64,000 nucleotides of DNA from Thermoproteota archaeon (GTDB taxonomy: Archaea; Korarchaeota; Korarchaeia; Korarchaeales; JAOZGB01), in contig JAVCBU010000012.1 of assembly GCA_037917685.1 (NCBI GenBank), forward strand, positions 224,001 to 288,000, given 5' to 3'. The translations under genes were made by a program, and so were the position numbers. This document shows positions 35,202-43,960 of this stretch, piece by piece (position 1 is the first letter of the stretch; the number at the start of each line of letters is the position of its first letter). A model generated the notes under the pieces. It made no database searches. It saw only the letters and a list, made by a program, of their open reading frames with translations, and had not been told where the DNA came from.

Positions 35202-36573
35202 CAGCGTGCCACACCTCGACCGGACTCATACCTGAACGCTCCGCGGCATACCTGACAACAATACTCCCCTCAGGGTCTACTGCCAGGAATAAGCCTCCTT
35301 CCCCACGTCTAAAAGCATGCCTAAGGTTTCTACCATCATACTCACGTATCTCCCATACCACACGTTTAACCATGTTGTTAGTGTTCAATGCTCTAACCAG
35401 GATCCAGACCTTGAAGAGAGAGACCTGTCTCCTATCAAGTCCCATGTTCAACAGCCTGGCGAGGGCTGAGTCGAGGCTTGCGGCATGAAATGTTGTGAGG
35501 CCTGTACTCCCAACAGTGATAACCTCAAGCAGGGCCCTGGCCTCAGCAAAACGTCTAACTTCGCCTATAACGGTGTAGTCAGGCCTCATCCTCAACACCG
35601 ATGGGATGAGCTCCATGAGAGTTATCTCTCCAGGCCTTTTACCTGTGCCATTGGGCACGCCATACCCGGGTCTTGCAACCAGGGGCACCCAGTTTGGATG
35701 CTCAAGTGAGATCTCAGGGGTATCCTCCAAAGTAACTATACGTCTATCCCTAGGTATGAGCTGTAAAAGGGCGTTTAAAAGTGTTGTCTTTCCTGAGCCC
35801 ACCTCCCCAACGATAAGGCCCGAAACTCCTGCGGTAACTACGAGCCATAGGTAGCCTGCTGCAATCGGAGAGAGGGCTCCTTGGCGTACAAGCTCTCTAA
35901 GACTTGGCCTTTGGACGGGTTTTCTAATGGTGAAGTGCGAACCCTTTTCGCTAACCTCCCTGCCCAGGAAGGCCTGTACCCTTACACCTTCTGCAAGCTT
36001 ACCCTCAAGCTCGGGCTGTAACAGGTTAACAGTGCGGTTACACTTCTCAGCAAGCCTGAAAATAAGCTGTCTAACCTCATCCTCTTCAAGGTATATGTTG
36101 GTTGGTGTTAGGCCGTGGCCTGACAGGTAAACGGATATGCGTGGCCTGCCGGAGTCGTAGGAAAGAGTTATATCCTCAACCTCTGGGTCCCTAAGCAGGG
36201 GAGTCAGTGGACCTAGGCCTTCGACATCTCTTATAATATAGTAGTAGAGTTTTAGGGTGGTCTCACCATCGGGAGGCTTTCTTCTTAAAAAACCCTTAGA
36301 GTAAACCTTGCGTATGGCTTCAAGATAGAAATTACGCTTGTCTTGGAGCCTTTCCGGGGTGAGCTTGTCAAGTATCCATTCTGTTATCCTTTCGAGTCTT
36401 GACTTATCCTCCTGTAATAGCCTTGGCTCATGCAGTATGTACACTCCGTTTTTCAGGGTACGATATGCTAAGACTCTCCCCTGAACTTCCAACAGGTTAA
36501 CCCTGCCCCCTCTATCCTTTAACATTATAGGCATAGAGTACACCACCTCGATAGTATAGATGTATGGTGCCAC
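35170..36573 (-). CDS. Type II/IV secretion ATPase (VirB11/FlaI/TadA family)
   Basis: GLGPLTPLLRDPEVEDI, FTIRK, GEVGSGKTT, LEDTPE, LRMRPD...GEVR, TTFHA; the true start may be 36534 or 36525. Confidence 0.92.
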   Translation of the reverse strand: MAPYIYTIEVVYSMPIMLKDRGGRVNLLEVQGRVLAYRTLKNGVYILHEPRLLQEDKSRLERITEWILDKLTPERLQDKRNFYLEAIRKVYSKGFLRRKPPDGETTLKLYYYIIRDVEGLGPLTPLLRDPEVEDITLSYDSGRPRISVYLSGHGLTPTNIYLEEDEVRQLIFRLAEKCNRTVNLLQPELEGKLAEGVRVQAFLGREVSEKGSHFTIRKPVQRPSLRELVRQGALSPIAAGYLWLVVTAGVSGLIVGEVGSGKTTLLNALLQLIPRDRRIVTLEDTPEISLEHPNWVPLVARPGYGVPNGTGKRPGEITLMELIPSVLRMRPDYTVIGEVRRFAEARALLEVITVGSTGLTTFHAASLDSALARLLNMGLDRRQVSLFKVWILVRALNTNNMVKRVVWEIREYDGRNLRHAFRRGEGGLFLAVDPEGSIVVRYAAERSGMSPVEVWHAVEAKASEYKV

Positions 36574-36922
36574 CGTTAAAGCTGCAGGGCCTAACCGAGA
36601 CGTGTCTTAGGTTGAGGCTAAGGTTAACTGTCAAGCTGTTCTCGAGAGTTACGTGTATGTAGTGTTGGGTGAGCTTGATAGTATAGTGGGAGCCTTGTAT
36701 GGTTAGGGGTAGGTTAAGGGTGTAGTTGACTACCCTGTTAGGATCTTGGCCCACAAGCCTATCTAAGGCCTCGACCTCTCCTTTAACAATGGATGCGAGG
36801 TCCAAGGCGTCTTGGTAGGCGCGCTTACTAGCCATACGATTATATGGGAGGCTTAACAGGGCTGAGGCTACGAAGACACTTATAAGTACGGTTAAGATGA
36901 AGCTTACTGTTCTCTCCATCAT
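36512..36922 (-). CDS. Minor pilin-like protein
   Basis: N-terminal hydrophobic helix then ...LNLPLTIQGSHYTI; ATGA overlap with the upstream gene. Confidence 0.6.
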   Translation of the reverse strand: MMERTVSFILTVLISVFVASALLSLPYNRMASKRAYQDALDLASIVKGEVEALDRLVGQDPNRVVNYTLNLPLTIQGSHYTIKLTQHYIHVTLENSLTVNLSLNLRHVSVRPCSFNGGTIHLYYRGGVLYAYNVKG

Positions 36923-37845
36923 CCGCCAACCTCCACCCTGACTATAACCGTAAAGGGATGCACATATATGAGGCATCTGGAGCCCAGGCTGCTGAAAACC
37001 CAGAAGCCGGGGGCTACATGTGAGGAGTTAAGCGGGAACATTAGGAGGTTCGACTGGCTTTGAACGGTGCCTGAGGCCTTCTGGTTCGCCCATGTCCAGG
37101 TGGATGCCTGCTTGTGGTTGTCAAGGATTAGGGTTTCACCTAGCCACCAGTCAAACCTGCCAACAGGGGATATGCTTGGAGGCTGAGTTAGGCCCGAAGG
37201 CATGACCTGGAAGCTTGAAAGATGTAAACCTGGGAAGGCCTCGCCCCACACCCTGACCTCGACATGGTAGCTGTCGTCTATGGTCCTATTGGGAAGGATG
37301 TAGCTATAAGTGTAGAGAACACTCTGCCTTGCAGCTGCCCCCCAGCCTATTATTTTGCCTGAGGATTGATTTACTAGCATAACCCAAACCTTGCCCTGCC
37401 TCGGGAGCCGGCCGTCAAAGTAGGAGATGCCGACCTGTATGGTTACGGTCCAGCCGGGGTGATACACAGCCCTGTCTGGAACTACTAGTACCCTCAGGCT
37501 GCTACTGTAGGGCTGGAAGCTCAGGGTGAAGGCCGAGGACCCGCAGGGGTAGCCCTCTGTTAGCGCTTGCAAGCCCCCGCACACAATGGTCTGGTTTGCA
37601 TAGTATAGGTAAAGCCTTGATGAGAGGCCGGACTCCCTGGTGAAGTTTTCCAGGAGGGGCTGGAAGTCTACGTCTGGGTTGGTAAGGGCTTGGATTGTAG
37701 CATACCGTCTAAGGGAGTAGGCTAGGCTCTCAGCCATGGTTAGAGGCGGCCCCGACGCCTGCGGAGACATCCAGCCTGAGGTTATGTATGCTACTAGAAG
37801 GATTAGGACGCATGCCAACATGCCTTCAACCACATCAAGCTCCAT
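36919..37845 (-). CDS. Pilin-like/exported protein with Ig-like (MG2-like) domain
   Basis: N-terminal TM; PDRAVYHPG.TVTI motif; located in the pilus operon. Confidence 0.55.
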   Translation of the reverse strand: MELDVVEGMLACVLILLVAYITSGWMSPQASGPPLTMAESLAYSLRRYATIQALTNPDVDFQPLLENFTRESGLSSRLYLYYANQTIVCGGLQALTEGYPCGSSAFTLSFQPYSSSLRVLVVPDRAVYHPGWTVTIQVGISYFDGRLPRQGKVWVMLVNQSSGKIIGWGAAARQSVLYTYSYILPNRTIDDSYHVEVRVWGEAFPGLHLSSFQVMPSGLTQPPSISPVGRFDWWLGETLILDNHKQASTWTWANQKASGTVQSQSNLLMFPLNSSHVAPGFWVFSSLGSRCLIYVHPFTVIVRVEVGG

Positions 37846-37893
37846 CTCACATCCACCATATTAAACTCTAATAATGATGCGGCAGGCATGCCT

Positions 37894-38373
37894 TCACCCT
37901 TCAGGCCACGCATAAACCTCAAGGTAGCCCTGCATCCACCTGGACGCATCGGTTATAACAATGTAGACTCTTACGTGACCTGCGCCATGGGGAATAGTGG
38001 GAAAGCCGTAGTGCAGGTAAGGGGAGTATGCGGGGTCATCTAGGTGGCCGCTAACCCAGTAATGCAGGACAAAGTGGAACCCGCACCTTATACCCGCCTG
38101 CTCCCTATAATCCTGGTAATCAATCGTCTGCATAGCTTCCCATGCTTGTATGCTTAGGTTGTAGGGTTCAACTGTCCCGTTCCCAGGGTAGGCTAGACCG
38201 TAGCTCAGGGGTGGATCCCATGGCGTGGTGCACAGGCGTCTTGCAAGCTCCTCGGCTATGCGGCTGTTCTCAACGCGCCTCCTCAGAGTAAGGCTCTGAA
38301 ACTGGAGTACTACTGCTATGCCCACCGAGAGGGTTAGGATAACTGCTACAGCGAAGCTCAGAGGCCTATTCAT
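37894..38373 (-). CDS. Minor pilin-like protein
   Basis: N-terminal hydrophobic helix; located in the pilus operon. Confidence 0.55.
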   Translation of the reverse strand: MNRPLSFAVAVILTLSVGIAVVLQFQSLTLRRRVENSRIAEELARRLCTTPWDPPLSYGLAYPGNGTVEPYNLSIQAWEAMQTIDYQDYREQAGIRCGFHFVLHYWVSGHLDDPAYSPYLHYGFPTIPHGAGHVRVYIVITDASRWMQGYLEVYAWPEG

Positions 38374-38375
38374 GT

Positions 38376-38888
38376 TTAGCCACCTGACACCATGATGGTG
38401 TAGTCTGGCTGGAGGTTGAAGGTTAAGGTTAGCTCTCTTCCCAGGAGCATCTCTGTCGTGTTAAAATGCCAGTTACAGCCCTGAGGATACTCCTTCAAGG
38501 TTACATTGAAGATGTAGCTGTCAAGCCTGCTACACCATGCAAGAGTCGTGTGGGGCTCGTCCCTTATGATGGCTGAGCCAGGCTTGGGCTTTGAAACTCT
38601 GACCCTGAGCTGCACTGTGTAGTTGGTGAAGCTTAGGAAGCAACCTTCTGGAAGACTAAGCCTCAGGCTCCTGCTGCAGCCCTGGCCGCATGATATAAGC
38701 TCCTCTATACATGCCTGGACTGTGGAGGCTAAGGCTAGGCCATCCCTGTAGTGTTTGGTATCCATCCGAGCCCGGATAACTGGAACCCCAACCTTCAGAG
38801 TTAGGGCCATAGTGGAAACTCCAAGTATAAATATTAGGAGGGATGACACGAGCTGGTTCAACCCCAGCCTTACAGCCTCCATCTTCAC
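38376..38888 (-). CDS. Minor pilin-like protein (class III signal peptide-like)
   Basis: RLG|LNQLVSSLLIFILGV hydrophobic N-terminus; G.GCSRSLRLSLPEG. Confidence 0.6.
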   Translation of the reverse strand: MKMEAVRLGLNQLVSSLLIFILGVSTMALTLKVGVPVIRARMDTKHYRDGLALASTVQACIEELISCGQGCSRSLRLSLPEGCFLSFTNYTVQLRVRVSKPKPGSAIIRDEPHTTLAWCSRLDSYIFNVTLKEYPQGCNWHFNTTEMLLGRELTLTFNLQPDYTIMVSGG

Positions 38889-39346
38889 CCTCCCTGCGGC
38901 TGGTATGAGGCATGGACCTTGACGCCTCCAGGCCCATACACAGCTATGCTATGAGGCTCCTCGCTGCTTGGAGCCGTAGCCCCGGTGAGGCCTATAGATA
39001 CGGTTTCACCTGGATGTATTTCAGCTGGAGGCTCAGGCAAAACCTGCCATATCCTGCGTAGCTCCCCATCCACTACAACCTGCCAGTCCTTGACATCGTC
39101 GTATCTTATTGTGCCTGGGCCAAGGTTTCTAAGCCCGAAGCCTGTTATAACTCCTCCCCTAGTTTTCACGGAGACAATCACGAGCTCAGCGTCAACCATA
39201 GGAGCTGATTTTGAGATGATTCTGGAGATGTAGCCCTTCAAGGGACCCCAGATAAGCATGGCCGCTGAAACTGAGACTAGGATGAGGGCTAGGACAGTGG
39301 AAACCTGGCTTACACCTACATTTAGTCTCCGCCTACATACTCCCAT
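38885..39346 (-). CDS. Type IV pilin-like protein
   Basis: RRRLNVG|VSQVSTVLALILV; clear paralog of 42834..43274. Confidence 0.7.
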   Translation of the reverse strand: MGVCRRRLNVGVSQVSTVLALILVSVSAAMLIWGPLKGYISRIISKSAPMVDAELVIVSVKTRGGVITGFGLRNLGPGTIRYDDVKDWQVVVDGELRRIWQVLPEPPAEIHPGETVSIGLTGATAPSSEEPHSIAVYGPGGVKVHASYQPQGG

Positions 39347-40857
39347 AACACCGACACCTCCCCAAGGCAGTATTCACCGTCGCCGTCAACATCCCGATAT
39401 CCTATGACAAGGATGTATGGAAGGAGGCCGCGGTACTCCAGAGCTACAGGGTGGCCTAGAGGCGTCGGCACACCATTGTAAGCGTTGTCAACGCCTACCT
39501 GGGACTCAAGCTCAAGCAAGTAGTCAGCCAATGCCTTGGTCCCCCACCTAGTATCACCCTCAACCAGGACTACAAGCCTGCCAGTATCGTCGAGGAAGCA
39601 CATGAACAATGCAATACCCTCAGCCCCCACGCCAGACATCTCGAGGCTTGATTTGAAAGTTCTACCACCCGGTAGCCTGAGGGTTAGCTCGTGGGTGTAG
39701 TGGTTAAGCCTCCACTCCACCCCAGCCCTAGCCTCCCACTCCCTGGCACCGGGGTTTCCAAGGCTCCCGCCCAGGACAACGGTAACATTATACTGCTCCC
39801 TTGACCAGGTCCAGGCCTGCCACCATGCCTGGTGGGAAGTCCAGCCCTCACTATGGTTCAGGAGTTTAAGCATGAATGGCCTGGGGCCTGGGTGATTCCA
39901 AACCCTCACCGCGTCGTGGTTGCGGAGCCATGTGACGTTTACGCGGCCGTCGTTCTCTATGAAGGCCCAGTAGGCGTACTGCCTATCCATACTGTCCTCG
40001 TTGACCACTACTTCCACGCTGTGTTCAGGCTCATCAGGGATTACGACGTAGGGGTTGTAGGGCCTGTCCCTAAGCTCGGCTACGGCATCCCAGCCCCCAC
40101 AGGTGAACTCCTCAACCAGCGGAAGCATGCCACTTGGAACCTCATCCTCAATCCAAACTGTCACCAAGTGGAAGGAACCCTGGTATGGCATTGGCTCACG
40201 CCAGGAAGATCTATTATAGTATAGTATCCATAGCTGGAAGACATGGCTTGTAACATATGCTTGGATGTCTGTCCTGTTCTTCATAACCCTAACGTTGGAG
40301 TAGTCTACGTCAATCTTGAATATGAAACATGTATCGCCATACTGGCCTGAAGGCAGAATTAGGTTCCAGTAACCTCTATAGCCTCCGCCGTATGAGGGAT
40401 TGCCTGGATATGGGCTGTCCTCCCAGCATGAGGCCCTGAAGGTCAGAGGCTTCTCAACCATGAAGTCTCTGACCTCAACACCTATGCACAACCTCGCCTC
40501 CCCAAGGCCACGTAGAAACTCAAGTGCAGCCTCACCCTCATCCTCCATACCCCAGGGAAAACCAAAGTTAGATTGAAGACGTAGACTTGCCTTCGGATCG
40601 CCATACCTGGCAGGTACACAGTCATTCACGGTCCATTGGGGATGTGTTAAATGAGCCAGGAATAACTTTGGGTTTACCCAATGATTCATCCCTGTGTTAT
40701 CATGCGCATGTAAGTCTGCCTGGTGATTGAAAGACACTATGTATAGTGGTATTTTAACCTTTATTGTGTCCTGCTGTATGGCTGGTTGTATGCTCAAAGC
40801 TACTATTAGGGCTACTAGGAGTGCAAGACTATGCACGAATGTTTGCATGTCTCTCAC
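39322..40857 (-). CDS. Secreted protein with S-layer-like C-terminal domain
   Basis: Signal peptide; VVLGGSLGNP and VLVEGDTRWGTKA motifs; DVDGDGEY Ca-binding-like loop. Confidence 0.55.
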   Translation of the reverse strand: MRDMQTFVHSLALLVALIVALSIQPAIQQDTIKVKIPLYIVSFNHQADLHAHDNTGMNHWVNPKLFLAHLTHPQWTVNDCVPARYGDPKASLRLQSNFGFPWGMEDEGEAALEFLRGLGEARLCIGVEVRDFMVEKPLTFRASCWEDSPYPGNPSYGGGYRGYWNLILPSGQYGDTCFIFKIDVDYSNVRVMKNRTDIQAYVTSHVFQLWILYYNRSSWREPMPYQGSFHLVTVWIEDEVPSGMLPLVEEFTCGGWDAVAELRDRPYNPYVVIPDEPEHSVEVVVNEDSMDRQYAYWAFIENDGRVNVTWLRNHDAVRVWNHPGPRPFMLKLLNHSEGWTSHQAWWQAWTWSREQYNVTVVLGGSLGNPGAREWEARAGVEWRLNHYTHELTLRLPGGRTFKSSLEMSGVGAEGIALFMCFLDDTGRLVVLVEGDTRWGTKALADYLLELESQVGVDNAYNGVPTPLGHPVALEYRGLLPYILVIGYRDVDGDGEYCLGEVSVLWEYVGGD

Positions 40858-40887
40858 CTTGTATCTCGCGAATTATAACTTTTGAGG

Positions 40888-42822
40888 CTATATGCTGCAC
40901 TCTGACAGTTGGACGGGCGTAGCGAAGCTTGGCGGTGGCCAGGGCCAGGTTGGAACTGGAGGCCACTCTGAAGGTGGAGCACACCACGCTACATGGGCAA
41001 CATCATAGTATATTCTGTCCAAGTCTGGCGACGGCGCGTACGCTTCCACGTCTAGTTGGTAGCTGAAGCTTGAGCCAGCCCTGTATGTGAAGCTTGCTGG
41101 GAAGCCGTTAAATGATTGACCGTCTGACCCGAAACCTCTAACATAAACACTTACCTCTATGGGGAATTGGCTACCTATCCCGGGGCCGCCGAGGTTCTCT
41201 ATACCGGCTTCAAGCCTAAGATGCCAGTCATACAATCCTCCCGGGACGTTAGACCAGCCATAAACATACAGGTGAAGCCACGAGATTAGTGTAGGCCTGA
41301 CCACTGCTGGCACACCTGACTCCCACTTTCCCGTGAATATAAGGCTTGCAGCATGAGCCCTTACTTCGACGTTTAACAAGCCCTGGGCATCGGCCCTGCC
41401 TGACCAGGGTTTTGCAGGGCCGGGCCAGTCCTCGGAGAGAAGAACCAATACTATGGTGTTTTCACCCTCCTGAAGCAGGCTGGTAATGTTGTTAGGGCTC
41501 TTGCCAGGCTGGGTGATAGGAGGGTTCCACTCTACGCCATTTATGTAGGTTTTAATTGTCCCATTCACATAGGCCTCGAGGGTAAGATAGGCTTCTCCCA
41601 GGTCCTCAACGTACAAGCTGTAAGTTGCATAGGCATACCCTGCCATTAGATAAACTCTTGTGGAAGTTTGGCTACCTATTAAACCTGCAACGTCCCTATT
41701 CCAGTTCAGTTGGAGAACCTGACCCCCTGGCAGCTGAACAACCCTGACAAGCTTTCCGGCTCTACCTGGCGATAACTTGTTCCCCTCGGAATCCGCGGGA
41801 TAAATGTAACCGTCAGCATCGATAATCCAGTAGTTACCCTCATTATCTACATACAGGTACCCACCATTCTCACCGTCTCCTGGTACGGGTTCTAGGTTTT
41901 GGAGCCAGTCTTCTGCGCTACCTCCGTCTGGATCTAGATAACCCCCCCATGCGCCGCTGTATGCCTGCCAGTCCCATATTAGATTTGAGACTCCACCATT
42001 ACTTCCTGCTACTCCTTTTGTGGGCTGCGGGCCTGCGTGTAGGTTTATGTTGGCTGTAAGGTTTAGTAGTTGCTCTTGTCTAAACCATCGAATTAGGCTG
42101 TAGTCTGAGAACTCTGTTTCGTGGACGGATGCCTCTGCTATGCTTGTTGTTAGTCCTTCTGGCACGTTGAACTCTAGAATTAGGCCTGTCAGGGATTCTC
42201 CTGGCTGCATGTTCTCTATGATTATGCTGTCTCCCTGCACTGTCACCCTTGGGTCCTGGCCCTGGTAGTATGCTACCTGCACATTGTCCCCAGTAACAGT
42301 TATAGTTTCCATTTTTATGCCTGTATTTACCACTGTGAAGGAGATGTTTACCCTGCAGGGCCTTGATGGCACGTCGACCCGTAGGGTATCGGGCTGCAGG
42401 TCTACGCCGTAGCCCCCCTCCCCGGTTGTGAGAAATGTTGACACATAGCTTTCCCCCTGCCACACGGTATACTCCACCTTTGCCTGCAAGTCTCTGGATA
42501 CGGTTATGCTTTCAACTGTTAGATGCATGCCTCTCTCCTTAAGGCTGAGGTTTAGTAGGTGTAGGGTTTCAGATAACTTCTGCACGCATTGCTCTGGGTC
42601 TGCCTGGTCTGGGGGCTGGCTGCGGAGGTTTAGGGCTGTCTCCCTCAGCAGGTCGTAGGCTTGAATTGCCGTCTGGGTTAGTGTAAGCCTACTTTGTACC
42701 TTGTATTCAACCATCCAAATTGCGAGAAGGAGAATTGAGGACGAAACAATAATCGATATGACTATCAGTAGTCCTGTAGCCCCTATATTAGTTGTACCAG
42801 GATTTACAAATCCTATTTTCAT
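40888..42822 (-). CDS. Large pilin-like adhesin candidate (Ig-like plus galactose-binding-like jelly-roll domains)
   Basis: NIG|ATGLLIVISIIV N-terminus; VVNTG..E Ig-like segment; YINGVE...NITSLLQEGENTIVL; Pro/Trp-rich tail. Confidence 0.55.
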   Translation of the reverse strand: MKIGFVNPGTTNIGATGLLIVISIIVSSSILLLAIWMVEYKVQSRLTLTQTAIQAYDLLRETALNLRSQPPDQADPEQCVQKLSETLHLLNLSLKERGMHLTVESITVSRDLQAKVEYTVWQGESYVSTFLTTGEGGYGVDLQPDTLRVDVPSRPCRVNISFTVVNTGIKMETITVTGDNVQVAYYQGQDPRVTVQGDSIIIENMQPGESLTGLILEFNVPEGLTTSIAEASVHETEFSDYSLIRWFRQEQLLNLTANINLHAGPQPTKGVAGSNGGVSNLIWDWQAYSGAWGGYLDPDGGSAEDWLQNLEPVPGDGENGGYLYVDNEGNYWIIDADGYIYPADSEGNKLSPGRAGKLVRVVQLPGGQVLQLNWNRDVAGLIGSQTSTRVYLMAGYAYATYSLYVEDLGEAYLTLEAYVNGTIKTYINGVEWNPPITQPGKSPNNITSLLQEGENTIVLVLLSEDWPGPAKPWSGRADAQGLLNVEVRAHAASLIFTGKWESGVPAVVRPTLISWLHLYVYGWSNVPGGLYDWHLRLEAGIENLGGPGIGSQFPIEVSVYVRGFGSDGQSFNGFPASFTYRAGSSFSYQLDVEAYAPSPDLDRIYYDVAHVAWCAPPSEWPPVPTWPWPPPSFATPVQLSECSI

Positions 42823-42833
42823 ATCGCTGCCCT

Positions 42834-43274
42834 CTATGGTGTGTAAGTATTTTGCGCTACAGTCCCTTGTGGACCATAAACTTCGAAACTATGAGGTTGG
42901 CTTCCAGAAACCGTTGAAGATAGAGTTAAAATTATGGTCCCATCCACAGGTAGCGGGCCTGATGAAGGATTAGTCGATGAGACTACCATTAGTTCTCCAT
43001 CAACAACAACTTGCCATGCTGACGCATCTTCATATAGAAGCTCGTTAGGACCTATATTTTTGACTACAATACCTGAAATGTCGCTTCCAGTTTTGCTGTA
43101 AGCTATTATCTGTAGCTGGGTACCCCCACCGACGGTTGTAGTACGCCTGAATGTTGCTATAATGAAGCCTCTAAGAGGTCCAAATAATAATAGGCTTGCG
43201 CTTATGCCTAGAACTATCATTATTGCTGTTACAGCCACCTGGGATATTCCAACATTCTGGTTTTTTCTTACCAT
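42834..43274 (-). CDS. Type IV pilin-like protein (probable major pilin)
   Basis: MVRKNQNVG|ISQVAVTAIMIVLGI; first gene of the operon. Confidence 0.7.
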   Translation of the reverse strand: MVRKNQNVGISQVAVTAIMIVLGISASLLLFGPLRGFIIATFRRTTTVGGGTQLQIIAYSKTGSDISGIVVKNIGPNELLYEDASAWQVVVDGELMVVSSTNPSSGPLPVDGTIILTLSSTVSGSQPHSFEVYGPQGTVAQNTYTP

Positions 43275-43335
43275 TACACATCCCTACATATGCATGTAGA
43301 GGTCGCCCTATTTAGGTGGCTCCATAATCTATTTA

Positions 43336-43890
43336 TTGGGATTTATGGGTATTAATCACGTGCGTGTACAGACTATTGAAGAAGGAGTAGAAGGGGACAT
43401 TAGGGTTGTGGCCATCTCGGATACACATATCCCAGATAGGGCTAGAAGTTTACCTGAACAATGTATGGTACACTTGAGAAATGTTGATTTCATATTACAC
43501 GCCGGGGACATAACCTCCATAGAATTCTTAGAAAACCTTAGAGAGTATGGAAAAGTATACGCTGTTAGGGGGAACATGGATCCCCCAGAGCTATCCAATC
43601 TTCCTAGGTTCTTAATAGTAACCATAGGATCAATAAAAATTGGCATAGTACATAGACTGAGTTCTCTGGGTGGGAACCAGTACGCACTAAACCTAATGGA
43701 AAGGTATAATATTAACCTGCTGATTTATGGACATACACATAGACCATCAATTTATAGAAAAAAGGGGTTCACCTTGCTAAATCCCGGAAGTCCAACCATA
43801 CCGATTCCCCCGTTCATAATTAAACCTTCGATAGCTACAGTCACTATAAGGCGGGGAGAAGCTACTATTGAAATAGTGAAACTCGGCTAA
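43336..43890 (+). CDS. Metallophosphoesterase (YfcE/MJ0936/Vps29 family)
   Basis: ISDTH, HAGD, VRGNMD, GHTH, LNPGSP. Confidence 0.9.
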   Translation: MGFMGINHVRVQTIEEGVEGDIRVVAISDTHIPDRARSLPEQCMVHLRNVDFILHAGDITSIEFLENLREYGKVYAVRGNMDPPELSNLPRFLIVTIGSIKIGIVHRLSSLGGNQYALNLMERYNINLLIYGHTHRPSIYRKKGFTLLNPGSPTIPIPPFIIKPSIATVTIRRGEATIEIVKLG

Positions 43891-43960
43891 AATATAGTCC
43901 GCCAAACTGTAGTAGATAAATTAATTATTGGGCTGTGATAGGTAAGACAACGGTGGAACC

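Noticed and set aside
33669-43274. Archaellum or conjugative T4SS interpretation of the ATPase/TadC cluster
   Set aside because: No recognisable archaellin, FlaH, VirB4, coupling protein or relaxase
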